From Octopus vulgaris (Eukaryota), in assembly GCA_951406725.2 (NCBI GenBank), contig OX597819.1, forward strand, positions 38,440,001-38,504,000: 64,000 nt of DNA, in the 5' to 3' direction. Position 1 is the stretch's first letter. Each line of letters begins with the position of its first letter. Below the pieces are notes generated by a model. The model was not told the origin of the DNA. It searched no databases and was given only the letters and a program-made list of their open reading frames with translations. This document shows, piece after piece, positions 24,750-37,057 of the stretch. A program made the translations under genes and the position numbers.

Positions 24750-26200
24750 TGTTAGAGGTACCTAATGTTGCATTTCGTGTAATGAGTTCAAATCAGCATA
24801 AAACATGTTATAAATATATTTAGTCATTCAAAGTATAATTGCCATCATTTTTAAACAATAACATTTTCCTACATTGAAACCAGTTTTCTGATTCCTCAGG
24901 CAAAACAAAACCAAAAAAAAAAAGACAAAAATCAGGTTCTTGAGAAGAGAAAAATGTTTGGGGTGCTGTTTTGACATCGTCCTTGTTTTCCACTGGTAAA
25001 GTGTTCAGATGACTTGAATAAGTGAAAATCTGATGGTGTCAGGTCTGGTGAATGGGAAGGGTGAGGCAGAGCTTTTCAGACTAATGAATTTATCTTTTCT
25101 TAGGTTATCTTTGTTGAATGTGACCTTGCATTATCATGTTGCAGGATAACGCCTTTCAGTTCATGATGAATTTTTGATGAATTTTTGAGCAAAATATGAC
25201 TCATTCAAGTTGTTGACAATAAAGTCCTACAGTAAGACAGCAAACTGGCAGAATCATTAGCATGCTGGGTAAAATGTTTAGTGGTATTTCGTCTGCCGCT
25301 ACGTTCTGAGTTCAAATTCTTTCTGAGATCGACTTTGCCTTTCAAACTTTCGGGGTCAATAAACTAAATGCCAGTTGCATACTGGGATTGATCTAATTGA
25401 CTGTGTTAGAGGTACCTAAGGTTGCATTTCATGTAATGAGTTCAAATCAGCATAAAACATGTTATAAATATATTTAGTCATTCAAAATATAATTTTGGGC
25501 CTTGTGCCCAGAGTAGAAAAGAATAAAATTTGCAGTGAAGCTTTTTCCCTTGTTCCATAATTCAAAGTGAACCACACATGGTATTCCACGAAATGCACAG
25601 CAAAATCTTGTTTGGATGTTTATCTGGTTTGAGTATTGGAATTGGATTTTTTATTTAGTGATAGCTACTATTTCTTACATTTATTGTTGGCTTAGACTAT
25701 CTATTTCTCATCCCCTTCTCTCTCTTTTGGAGAGGCACTGAGCACCTACACGTACATATACACACACGGCAGTAACTTCCACCTACCGAATTCAATCACA
25801 AAGCTTCGGTCGACTCAGGGTTATAGTGGAAGACACCTGCCCTAAGTGCCACGCAGTGGAACTGAACCTGAAACCATGTAGCTAGGAAGCAAGCTCCCTA
25901 ACCATACAGCCATGCCCGCATCATTTGTTGCATTCAGTTAAGAAAAGATGTATGCTCATCCACGATTAGAAAATTGTTGAACACACTACTTTATTCTTGG
26001 GGGACCCACCTCAAGATACCCACTTCCCTTCTCTACCCACCCAATCTGCTTCAGATGATATTTCACTGTGGACTTGGGTTTATTTAGCCTTCAGGTAAAT
26101 CCCTGATATTTGATGTGGATCCTCTTCAGTTGCTGTTTCCACTGCATCATTATTGAGGACAATTGGCCTTCCTATTTGATACCTATTCATAAGCATTTGA
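24750..26200 (-). pseudogene. Old, heavily decayed mariner interrupted by SINEs
   Basis: Minus-strand LPHPSHSPDLTPSDFH motif near 25020-25070; GRPIVLN..EEDP near 26120-26180; boundaries approximate. Confidence 0.55.
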
Positions 26201-26240
26201 TGGAGTAATTTGAATGCTAAAGGGTTAATCAACAATTGGC

Positions 26241-26658
26241 GGATCTTTTTGGTTTGAATGGCAGTTTTTAACATAATTTCTAGGTAACTAAAAAATTTTA
26301 AACTTTGTATACTGGTAGAATGTGTTTATAAAACATCTTTTTCTCTTGGCTTTATTGAGAAAATTCTATAGTTTGTAAGATATTTGTTGTTTTTTTTTCT
26401 TCAATTTCTGCAATTTCAACTAATCACTGATGTCTATTGAGGTAAAAACATTCTGTGCCGTATGAATATGTCCCTCGTTTAAGAAACAGATAGGGTTTAT
26501 TTATATTTGTGAAGAAAAAAAGATACCCTTCCCCCCCACCCCTAACCCTAACCCTAAAACAGATTGAAATGCAATAGATCGATACTAGGGTCATAATTAT
26601 GGGTGACAATTTCATATGACACCGCTAGAAAAAACTGTCGTTCAAACCGAAAAGAGCC
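26241..26658 (+). mobile_element. Merlin-like MITE with internal (CCCTAA)3
   Basis: TIR GGATCTTTT.GGTTTGAA.GGCAGTTTTT; perfect 8-bp TSD CAATTGGC. Confidence 0.8.
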
Positions 26659-27294
26659 CAATTGGCTTGCAGATTTAATTTTCCAGGAGATTCTCTCATA
26701 CTCCTTGTCAATCACTATAGCACTATTTATATTATGGCAATATTCATTTCTACAAGATACAATTTCAAATTTATGATTCAAAATTTTATTAATTCTTTCA
26801 AAATAAAGACACTGTAAGAAAAAAGTAACATTTTATTGCTTTACTGGTTTCTCTTAGGGTGACTATGTCTCTGCTGGAGTACCATCACCAAAAGTTTTTG
26901 TTGATTATGATGACCACCAGTAATTATTTCTATTTGGTACTTATTTTATCAATCTCTATTTGTCAAACTGCTAAGTAAGAGGACCACTAAGTTTTCTTCC
27001 AGATTCATTAATAAACAAAATTTAAATAATGCAAATTAAATTTAGATCATTATAACATTTTTGTTATGCAATTTAACCAGTAAAAGAGGGAATTTGGTTA
27101 AGTTTCTCAGACATTTAAATGGAACATAAAAAGAAAAATCTTTCTAATGAATTCCACTCACATGCATGATCAGCCTTGTCTGATAAAGGCCTCAGATTAA
27201 AAGCTAAAAGAAGAGTCTGCAAACAAGGAACTAGGTAGGACTGTGCTGCCACTAGTACAAATACAAGTATGAAAACATTTGATTGGAAATCTTT

Positions 27295-27651
27295 TTAATA
27301 TGCTTGAATGTTAATGCTTTTCCTCAAGCCCATACACTCCACCTCATCTATGAACAATGATTTGGCTTTAACATCAATATCCGCTTCCAAGTCGCGCTGG
27401 TTTTGAAGCAATTTCTTCATGGTGCAGTTTGATTCATAGAGACAGTTCTGTAGTTCTTTAATAGAGAGGCGCAGTTCATGGACCTCTTTAATCAGTCTGT
27501 ACTGTACTTGATCACGACAGAGCTCAACGTTAGGACGGAAGTCTCGTTTTTCAAGACGGGTCTCAGCTAACTTAAGTGGCTGCTCCTTGTCAGCTATAGC
27601 AATCAACAACCTGCTTATGTTTTCTTCGAGTTCCAAAATCTGTTGATGTAC
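27295..27651 (-). CDS. TEKT1: Tektin-1 exon 7 (terminal)
   Basis: Tektin nonapeptide RPNVELCRD; TTCCAG acceptor; VHQQILELEE...SINIQAY*. Confidence 0.95.
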   Translation of the reverse strand, partial: VHQQILELEENISRLLIAIADKEQPLKLAETRLEKRDFRPNVELCRDQVQYRLIKEVHELRLSIKELQNCLYESNCTMKKLLQNQRDLEADIDVKAKSLFIDEVECMGLRKSINIQAY

Positions 27652-27922
27652 CTGGAAGTAAATAGACCCTCAATTAGATGGAGTATAAACGTCAAGAGGT
27701 CCCAGAGAGTAAAAGATTCAATGCTTAGATATAGTAATTGATTGGACCATATAGATAGAAGACAACTAGTGACTCCCTAGCAGGCTCAGGCATATATATA
27801 TATATTCTTTGAAGGAGATTTAACTGCTGTTTCATTCAGGTCAAGATATCATGTAGAAGCTCTTCAATTAGTTCTTTCATTAGTTCATACATATATGTGC
27901 ACGCACATATGCGTGTGTGCAT

Positions 27923-27970
<48 letters not shown>

Positions 27971-28243
27971 GCTCAAGTTCAGAAATCAAAAAAAATGAAG
28001 AAAGGTAAAATAACTGGAAGAAGAGAAATGTTTATATTTTCCAATAGTCTCATGAATAGTTTTAAAACATGAATCCAAACACAATACTGCTGTACCTATC
28101 AAATTAAATGTCAAACAAAACTTCAGTGAGAGACGGCTAATAATGATATACTTGGTTTTGTGGGTGTTTATTTCATATTTTATGAATAAAATGCAGACAC
28201 ATACATAATCAGACAATATATATATATGTGTGTGTGTGTGTGT

Positions 28244-28536
28244 GGAGGCGCAATGGCCCAGTGATTAGGGCATCAGACTCGCAGTCATAGGATCGCGGTT
28301 TCGATTCCCAGACCGGGCGCTGTGAGTGTTTATTGAGTGAAAACACCTAAAGCTCCATGACGCTCCAGCAGGGGGTGGTGGCGACCCCTGCTGTACTCTT
28401 TCGCCACAACTTTCTCTCACTCTTTCTTCTGTTGGCCTGCTCGCTTAGCCAGCGGGGTGGCGTCATTTGAAGGCTAAAACAATGCGAAGCGCATTGTGAC
28501 CAACGATGTGTAGCAACATCTGATAGCCTGGTCGGT

Positions 28537-28543
<7 letters not shown>
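28244..28543 (+). mobile_element. tRNA-derived SINE, family C
   Basis: GGCGCAATGGCCCAGTG.TTAGG A-box and GTTTCGATTCCC B-box; second copy 31911-32205 on minus. Confidence 0.8.
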
Positions 28544-28581
<38 letters not shown>

Positions 28582-28832
28582 AGGGGTGACCACTAAGTGG
28601 ACATCCATTATGCTAGATGTAGACCCCATATGGTCTGACCACTAAGAAAAGATTGTTCTCAAGAAAATCCAGCAAATGCCAGAACGTAAGCAAGCAAGAC
28701 AAATGAAATGATACAAAATATAAAGATTAATCACAAAGCTGGCTTCATTGTTACCACTTACTTAATATTTATGTAAATGTCAGCAATTCACCAGTGTGAT
28801 TGTCATAGCAAAATATAATTAGCAGAACTACA

Positions 28833-29812
28833 CTTGCTTTTAATGATGGTGAAAAGAAAGAGGCTTGGAGAAGCCATTATGAAAGACTGCTGAATGTGGA
28901 GAATGAATGGGAGGAGGAGAGCCTGCCAAATGTTGACCCAGTAGAGGGACCAGCTACCCAAATAGACAGATCCCTTGTAGTTAAGGCAATTAAGGGTATG
29001 AAACCAGGTAAAGCCCCCGGCCCATCAGGAATCACTGCTGAGATGCTTAAGACAGCTGGTTGTGTGGGCTATGGCCTAGTCACCTGCATTGTAAACCAGG
29101 TAGTTCATAATGGAGTCATACCCAATGACTGACATAGCAGCACCATAGTCAACTGCTACAAGGGTAAAGGTGATGCTCTAGATAGAAATAACTACATGAG
29201 TATTAAACTGTTGGATCAGGTGATGAAGGTCACAGAGAGGGTCATAACCCATCTCACTAGGGAGAGAATTTGCTTAGATGAGATGCAGTTCGGTTTTGTG
29301 CCGGGTAGAAGCACCACTGATGCTATATTCCTGGTCTGACAACTGCAGGAGAAGTACCTAGCTAAAGATAAACCCCTCTACATAGCTTTTGTGGACTTGG
29401 AGAAAGCCTTTGACAGGGTCCCCCAATCCCTTATCTGGTGGTCGATGCGGAAACTGGAGATTGATGAATGGCTAATAAGGGCTGTACAGGCCTTATACAG
29501 AGAGGCTGTCAGCAAGGTTAGGATTGGCAACGAATATAGTGAAGAATTCCGGGTAGAAGTAGGTGTACATCAAGGTTCAGCCCTCAGTCCCCTTTTATTC
29601 ATCATAGTCCTCCTGGCAATAACAGAGGAATTCAAGACTGGTTGCCCCTGGGAGCTCCTCAATGCTGATGACCTGGCTCTCATAGCAGAATCACTACCGG
29701 AACTAGAAAAGAAATTTCGGGTGTGGAAGCAAGGGTTAGAATCAAAGGGCCTTAGAGTAAATGTAGCAAAGACCAAAGTTATAGTAAGCAGAAAGGCGAA
29801 CTCAGCACACAC
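28833..29812 (+). pseudogene. RTE-clade LINE reverse transcriptase fragment
   Basis: GKAPGPSGI, QFGF, FVDLEKAFDRV, GVHQGSALSPLLF, NADD (decayed YADD) in one frame with two TGA stops; ends at a SINE (29813-30080). Confidence 0.9.
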
Positions 29813-30224
29813 ACTGAAAGAAGCCTGTCGTATATATGTATATATATATGTATATATATATATATATATATGTATGTTTGTGTGTCTATGTTTGACCCCT
29901 CAACATCGCTTGACAACCGATGCTGGTGTGTTTACGTCCCCTTAACTTAGCAGTTCGGCAAAAGAGACCAATAGAATAAGTACTAGGCTTCCAAAGAATA
30001 AGTCCTGGGGTCGATTTGCTCGACTGAAGGCGGTGCTCCAGCATGGCCACAGTGAAATGACTGAAACAAGTAAAAGAGAGAGTATCTATTTGTGTGTATA
30101 TTTTAATATTGGCTCATGTCAATTAGACAAGTAGATCATCATAATGGTAGAAGATTTGGCTGCTATTTTTCTGAGTTCAAGATACCTTATAAATAGCAAA
30201 GATGACGAAGTCATGGCTACTTAC

Positions 30225-30447
30225 TTTATTTAGATTATCTCCCAACTTCTGTTTGGTAGCTCTAGTTTCAGAAATTCTACGAGAAAATGCCAAATTGACA
30301 GCATCACCCTGCTGTTTCATGTCATTGGCAATTTGCTGAAGGATACCATCTATCAATGAACGTAGGTTAGTTGAGGTTTCTCTTTCCTGTTCCGCTTTAA
30401 TAATGTTTTTGTTGGAAAATGCCTGCCATTCGTCAACCGATACAGAT
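30225..30447 (-). CDS. TEKT1: Tektin-1 exon 6
   Basis: K-SVSVDEWQAFSNKNIIKAEQER...QKLGDNLNK; TTGTAG acceptor, GTAAGT donor, 223 nt, phases 2/0. Confidence 0.92.
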
Positions 30448-30518
30448 CTACAATAAAAATCAAAGAAACTCCATCATGAAACTAACACTGAAACATAAAA
30501 GTGATGTTCTACTTATTA

Positions 30519-30870
30519 ATACTACTACTACTACTACTACTACTGCTGTTGCTGCTGCTGCTGCTACTACTACTACTACTGCTGCTACTGCTGCTGCTAC
30601 TACTGCTGCTGCTGCTGCTGCTACTACTGCTGCTGCTGCTACTACTACTACTACTACTACTACTGCTGCTGCTACTACTACTACTACTGCTACTGCTGCT
30701 ACTACTACTACTGCTGCTGCTACTATTACTACTACTACTACTACTGCTGCTGCTGAGGCTACTACTGCTGCTGCTGCTACTACTACTACTACTGCTACCG
30801 CTGCTGCTGCTGCTGCTACTACTACTACTACTACTACTACTACTGCTGCTGTTGCTGCTACAGCTACTGC
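30519..30870. repeat. Compound (CTA/CTG)n trinucleotide array
   Basis: About 350 bp of interleaved CTA and CTG triplets. Confidence 0.95.
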
Positions 30871-31115
30871 CCCAATGAATTTTAAAAGGAACCCACCCTC
30901 ACCACCACCAGAGGCTTGAAGGAAGTCTTGCTCTGTCTCACAAAATTTCTCTTAAAAGCCCCCCTAATAGGACTTAAAGCACATAACTAACACTTGCCAG
31001 GTGGCCTTAGTAGAATAACCTATACTGATAATACTAAGTGAACAACAAATTATATTGTGAAGATAAAATAGTATGGTTAACAGAGCAGAAAAAAACATTA
31101 TAGAATCTAGTTTAA

Positions 31116-31336
31116 CCCTTTAGTGTTCACATTATTCTGCCATAATTAAAGCTTTTTCGTCCTCATTGTTTTGAACTAATCATGCATTATCTTGTAGCTA
31201 TGAGATTTTGATGCGGTAGCTGTTAATTTTTAAATCGACATTGTAGGGTTGGTGTGAGAGGCCAGATCTGGCCAGTTTGAACATAAAACAGGCAGAATAC
31301 TTTTGGCCGTATATGGCCGGTTTAAATGCTAAAGGG
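31116..31336. mobile_element. piggyBac-like TTAA MITE
   Basis: TTAA flanks; shares TTAA 31337-31340 with the next, inverted copy. Confidence 0.8.
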
Positions 31337-31340
31337 TTAA

Positions 31341-32286
31341 CCCTTTAGCATTTAAACCATTTAGGCATATTCAGCCCAAATATTCTACATGTTTTATGTT
31401 CAAACTGACTAGATTCGGTCTCACACCTACCATACACTCTTTACTCTTTTACTTGTTTCAGTCATTTGACTGCGGCCATGCTGGAGCACTGCCTTTAGTC
31501 GAGCAAATCAACCCCAGGACTTATTCTTTGTAAGCCCAGTACTTATTCTATCAGTCTCTTTTGCCAAACCGCTAAGTGACGGCAACGTAAATACACCAGC
31601 ATTGGTTGTAAAGCGATGTTGAGGGGACAAACACAGACACACACACATATATATATATATACATATATATACGACGGGCTTCTTTCAGTTTCCGTCAATC
31701 AAATCCACTGACAAGGCTTTGGTTGGCCCGAGGCTATAGTGGAAGACACTTGCCCAACATGCCATGCAGTGGGACTGAACCCGGAACCATGTGGTTGGTA
31801 AGCAAGCTACTTACCACACAGCCACTCCTCCGCCTATATAATATCATTCTATACAATATCATTCTAAAAATATACTATTACATCATCGAAATCTCAAAGC
31901 TATGAGTTAATCACCATGACTGACCAGGCTATCAGATGTTGCTACACATCGCTGGTCACAATGCACTTCGCATTGTTTTAGCCTTCAAATGACGCCACCC
32001 CACTGGCTAAGCAGGCAGGCCAACAGAAGAAAGAGTGAGAGAAAGTTGTGGCGAAGGAGTACAGCAGAGATCACCACCACCCCTTGCTGAAGCCTCGTGG
32101 AGCTTTAGGTGTTAATAAACGATCACAACGCCCGGTCAGGGAATTGAAACCGTGATCCTATGACCACGAGTCCGCTGCCCTAACCACTGGGCCATTGCAC
32201 ATCCACATGAGATAATACATGATTAATTCTAAACAATGTAAATAAATAAGCATTGTATTTGACAGAACAATCTGAATGCTAAAGGG
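31341..32286. mobile_element. piggyBac-like TTAA MITE split by two SINEs (31436-31835, 31911-32205)
   Basis: Both TIRs and TTAA present; MITE body resumes after each SINE. Confidence 0.75.
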
Positions 32287-32367
32287 TTAAGGAAGCAGAT
32301 TGGTAAGGAGGTAAGTAGACAATTAGTAGTGTAAGCAGTCATGATATATGGCTCAAATCCACTAGAG

Positions 32368-32843
32368 CAGTAGTTCTTAACCTTTTATTTTGGAGTACCT
32401 TTTTTTAAATAGTTGTTATGCCTAGCATCCAATTAAGTGGTGAGTGAGTTTTCATGGTTTAACTGACTTAACATGGATGATAATTTATAAATTTTACTTA
32501 AAAAAAAAAATGGATTGCATAAGTTTTTATCAGTGAAATGATAAAAAAGTTAATAAAGACAAAAATTGTAAATTTACTTTATCCATTGCAGGTTGGTGAT
32601 TTCTTTGTATGGTGAGATCTAACTAAATATTCTATATCAGGTCAAGCAACTATGTAGATTCGCTCAACTTGCTAAAAATAGCAGCACACTACTTCTTTCT
32701 CATTTTATTTTCATAACCATTACTACTTTTATCATGTATAGTATAATTACTATTATAAGTAAAAAGTTAGTATGTTAATTATGCTACCTTACTGACACCC
32801 AGTGCTTTCTTTAGGGCAGTACCGTCCACATTGAGAACCTCTG
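32368..32843. mobile_element. Old hAT (Charlie-like) MITE
   Basis: CAGTAGTTCTTAAC / TTGAGAACCTCTG termini; flanks CACTAGAG/CGTCAGAG. Confidence 0.45.
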
Positions 32844-33872
32844 CGTCAGAGCTTCAGACAAAATATTTTGCAATATATGTTTGTTTGTTCCATGTGTTTT
32901 GAGTTTAAATCCTGCCGCAGTCAACTTTGTCTTTTGTCCTTTTGGGATTGATAAAAAGTACCAATCCTAGGTTAGAAAGGTGAAACTATAAGAATGTTGA
33001 ACAGGTTGCCTTGCAGTATTCGTTCCGGCTCTTTGCCCTCTGAGTTCAAATCATACCTTAGTCAACTTGGGTAGCAGACTTAACTCATCTCGTGGTGTAA
33101 CACCTGGCATCTTCAGTGCTTTAATGGAGTCCACTCTCTTGAAAGCATTTGGTCTAGGTTTCTAATTTTAAGATATTCTATCTCACTCCTTCCCTTCCAT
33201 CCACCAGTTTCAGAGGCCCTATAAAAGGTCATGGCTACTAGCTTTCCCTACTGACTAAAAGAGCCAAAAAAAGATTGTGCTTATATTGCCTAATATCACT
33301 TATTAACCAATTATTTGAAGTAAGAACTAGAAAATCTTTACTTCAAAGACTATATGTATACATTACAAACATTGGGAATTAGTAGTTTACCCTTGGAAAT
33401 CTGACAACCTTTGCTCCCAAAATAAAGGGGATATGCCTGTGATAATTATTTTGATTGGTTGTAGCAGCACTCGATATATTTTTGAATAAGACAGTACTTC
33501 ACACACCTACCCATAACCATTTCTGATACCAGCCATACATGAACCCACAAAACACATGTCTGTTGTATTTTTTCTTATCTGTTGTAAGATACTAAAGAAA
33601 ATATTAGTAGAAATTCTATATTTATTCTATCACTGTTATTACAGAGGAAATACCGCCAGAAAATATTCACCTGTCTTCCAGTTGGCTCTAACAAGGAATG
33701 GATCATCAGTCTAAATCATTACAAACAAAGAAATAATGTAAAACTAACAACTATAGATTCTAGCAAAAAAACCCGAACCTTATCTTGTTTGCCCACCATT
33801 TGAAACAAACAATTTATTTATAGATGTTACTTATTTCTTAAATTTTACTGCTTACAAATGTTAATACACATG

Positions 33873-33924
<52 letters not shown>

Positions 33925-34021
33925 AGCAAGTAAACTCTGGTACCATTCATCAAGGTATTAGAGAAATAGTTTTCAAATGTAGACTGGAATTCATTACAAA
34001 ACTAAGAGAAAAAAAAAGTAC

Positions 34022-34165
34022 TTTGGTGATATTTTTACTGCTGCATCATTGTAGTCTATGTCCGAGGAATGGCTTCTAAGTTGTTGACAGTATTCATCAA
34101 TGTTAATTCCATGCAGCTTGTCTTTAAGATCCATCTGCAAGTTGTACTTGGCTTTTCTGTTACGG
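34022..34165 (-). CDS. TEKT1: Tektin-1 exon 5
   Basis: R-RNRKAKYNLQMDLKDK...AAVKISP; TTTTCAG acceptor, weak GTACTT donor, 144 nt, phases 2/2. Confidence 0.9.
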
Positions 34166-34304
34166 CTGAAAAATAAGAAAAGATGTTTTCACCCTTGATA
34201 CAATTCAGAAAAAAAATTGGTGATGGAAATTGAGGTGAATACACAGTGGACAACAATTCTCTTGTTTTCAGGTCTTGGAGAGGTGGAGTGGACATTTTTA
34301 CAAT

Positions 34305-35020
34305 CAAACCTTACTTTCTTTCCATCTTCAAACTCACTGGCATTAATGAGCAATTTAAAATTGGTTACTCTTGGGAGCTCCTCTACACTAACGACCTTGT
34401 TGTTATTATTGAATCACTACCACAACTAGAGAAGAAATTTCAAGTAGGGAAGCAATATTTGGAATCCAAAAGTCTTAGAGTTAATTTAGCAACGACCAAA
34501 GTTCTAATAAGTAGGAAAACAGACAAATCACAGATCCCCCCCATTCAAAGAGATAGCCCTGCTCAATATGTAGAAAAGATTTCGGGAGGAGCTCCATATG
34601 GTGTACCCAGTGCAAGTTATGGACACATAAGAGGTGCAGCAGTATCACTGGGAGATTAATAGAGGGAGTTATCTTTACATGTGGTAGATGTGCAGGTACG
34701 TTAAACACCAGGAATGTACAAAACTAGATTCTCTCAAAGAAGTAGCTGACAGTTTCCATTACTTATGTTACCAGGTCAGCAGTGGTGGAGGTTGTTCTGA
34801 AAACAAAGCTGCTAGAAAAAGCACCTGTGCTGGTGCTGCAAAACAGCACCCAATACATTCTGTAAAGTGGTTGGTGTTATGAAGGGCATCCAGCTGTAGA
34901 AACCAAGGCAAAACAGACATGGAGCCTGGGCAGCCCTTCAGCTGACCAGCTCCTGTCAAACCATCCAACCCATGCCAACATGGAAAATGGACGTTAAATG
35001 ATGCCGCCGCCGACAATGAT
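34305..35020 (+). pseudogene. Degenerate RTE-clade LINE fragment plus 3' tail
   Basis: WELLYTNDL..LESKSLRVNLATTKVL resembles the 29640-29790 RT segment; ends in the shared tail. Confidence 0.65.
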
Positions 35021-35961
35021 GAAGTTCCTAGAACCCATTTTCACCATTGATTGAAATATGGTTCAAGGATCAAATGTCAAACTTGCTATCTTAAGATGCC
35101 AATTTTGAATATTGTCATAAAATCAGAAAACTTATTGACAATGAAAATATTAAAGCCACTGACAGCAGTAAAGATGGATGAGATGATTGAATAAGGAAAG
35201 GAATACTTCATGGAATCTAATTTGGAGTGAACTGTGCCAAAATTGAATATACAAAGTGATTGACTTTTGCTTCTGGCTCCTCGATATTGATAAAATACAG
35301 TTAGTAACATGATAAGATCAATCATTTCGCAACCTACCTTCTAATAAAATTCCACATTATTTCTAGTTCAAAGAAGTCAATAGTAAAGCAACAACAAAAC
35401 CCTCCAGGCAGCTAAATGTAATTTATTCTCAAAATAGTCTATTACGATTTTGCATAATTGCATACAGGCCTTCAGGAGTCTCTAGGATTATATACAGGGT
35501 TATTCAAAAAGAATGAACCAATTTCATAACACAATATTTTAATAAGGAAAAGCAATAGAAACTCCAGCTAAGTCACAAGTATTTACTCACAATCAGCTTT
35601 TATTTCCTGTCTTACAAGTGTTCAATGTGGTCACCATCTGCAGCACAGGCAACATTAATGTGATAAGAGAATTCCTCCAAGACACATATCAGCATATGTG
35701 TTAGGAATTAAGCCTTACAGCAGAGGAAAAATATTGATAAGGCTTAATTCCTAATACGCCAGCTGAATTCAGTTTGTCTCCAGTCGAAAGACATCTGTTG
35801 TTATGTCCTGTTATTATTATTATTATTATTATTATTGTTTTTTTTTTTGTATTATTTTTGTATTTTGTATTTTCCATCCTTATTTCGTATACATTCAAAG
35901 CTTTTTTCCAAGGGATCTAATGCTCTTAGCTTAGTTTTTCCTTGGGGTTGGCCAGATTAGA

Positions 35962-36027
35962 GCAATCTCAAGATTAATCAGCTGAAATTGCGATGATGAT
36001 CCGGTTCTTGACTGAAGATTAAAGGCT
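35962..36027 (+). ncRNA. Candidate non-circularly permuted (rearranged) hammerhead ribozyme
   Basis: GCAAU-C-UCAAGA ... AGCU-GAA-AUUGC ... UCUUGA-CUGAAGA-uuaaa-GGCU: stem III 5 bp, stem I 6 bp, AUC site, intact core. Confidence 0.6.
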
Positions 36028-36150
36028 TCAAATGATCCATCCGTGTTTTTTGTATCGTCTATCTGGATGTTTTGTGTTCTTGTCCCATTTTGTATTTTTA
36101 TATATAATATATATATATATATATAGCGGCGTACATACACTTTGTTCTCT

Positions 36151-36182
<32 letters not shown>

Positions 36183-37057
36183 ACAAGTGTCTTTCAGTTT
36201 CCATCTACCAAATCCACTCACAAGGCTTTGCTTGGCCCAAGCCTAAAGTAGAAAACACTTGCCCAAGGTGCTATGCAGTGGGACTAAACCTAGAACCATG
36301 TTGTTGGGAAGCAAGCTTCTTACCACACAGCTACACTTGTGCCTATATTTATATATATATATATATATTGTTATATTTCGGAATGGTCATATTGCCAGTT
36401 TAGCCAATAAAAACACACGCACTATATATTTGGTGTTATTTTGCTTCAGTGATATTTATTTTTTACATTAATCTTAATCTTATTTCGGCCAAAGTTCTTT
36501 CGTCACACTCCTGTGACCGCATCAGTGGTCCTTTGTTTTCTTCTCACTTACTTGTGTCTCTCCTTACTAACCGTCAGCCATTTTGTATTTCTATTGTATG
36601 TCTTCATTTGCGCATGCTTATATCTCTATGTGCGTCTATGTTTATTTAGTGTGTGTGGGGGGGATGCCTGTAATATTTGTATCTTCTGGTTATATACATT
36701 CTTGTAATTTGTATTTTGTTTTTGTTGTTGTTGCTTTTGTTCTAATTTTATTCATGTGTTTACATCCACCCATTATTATCATTACATATGCTTGTATGTA
36801 TGTATAACAACAATATTAGTAATAATAATAATAAATCTAATCGAGAAAAAAAAAAAAAAAAAAAAAGAATATACATATACATATATATATATATACATAC
36901 ACATACATATACATATATATATATACATATATACATATATACACACATATATACACATATACATATACATATATATACACATATACATATATATAGATAT
37001 TCATTTCTATTTCTTTAATTACCTGTGTATTTATTATGTTTGCAGGATCCACTATTG

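Noticed and set aside
26530-26557. Interstitial telomere or chromosome-fusion scar
   Set aside because: Only three units, and internal to a multi-copy MITE
28244-28318. tRNA gene
   Set aside because: tRNA-like head continues into a SINE body with a second copy at 31911-32205; no complete cloverleaf
30419-30919. Poly-Thr/Ala and poly-Leu ORFs resembling mucin or antifreeze proteins
   Set aside because: Translations of an intronic (CTA/CTG)n array antisense to tektin; no splice or promoter support
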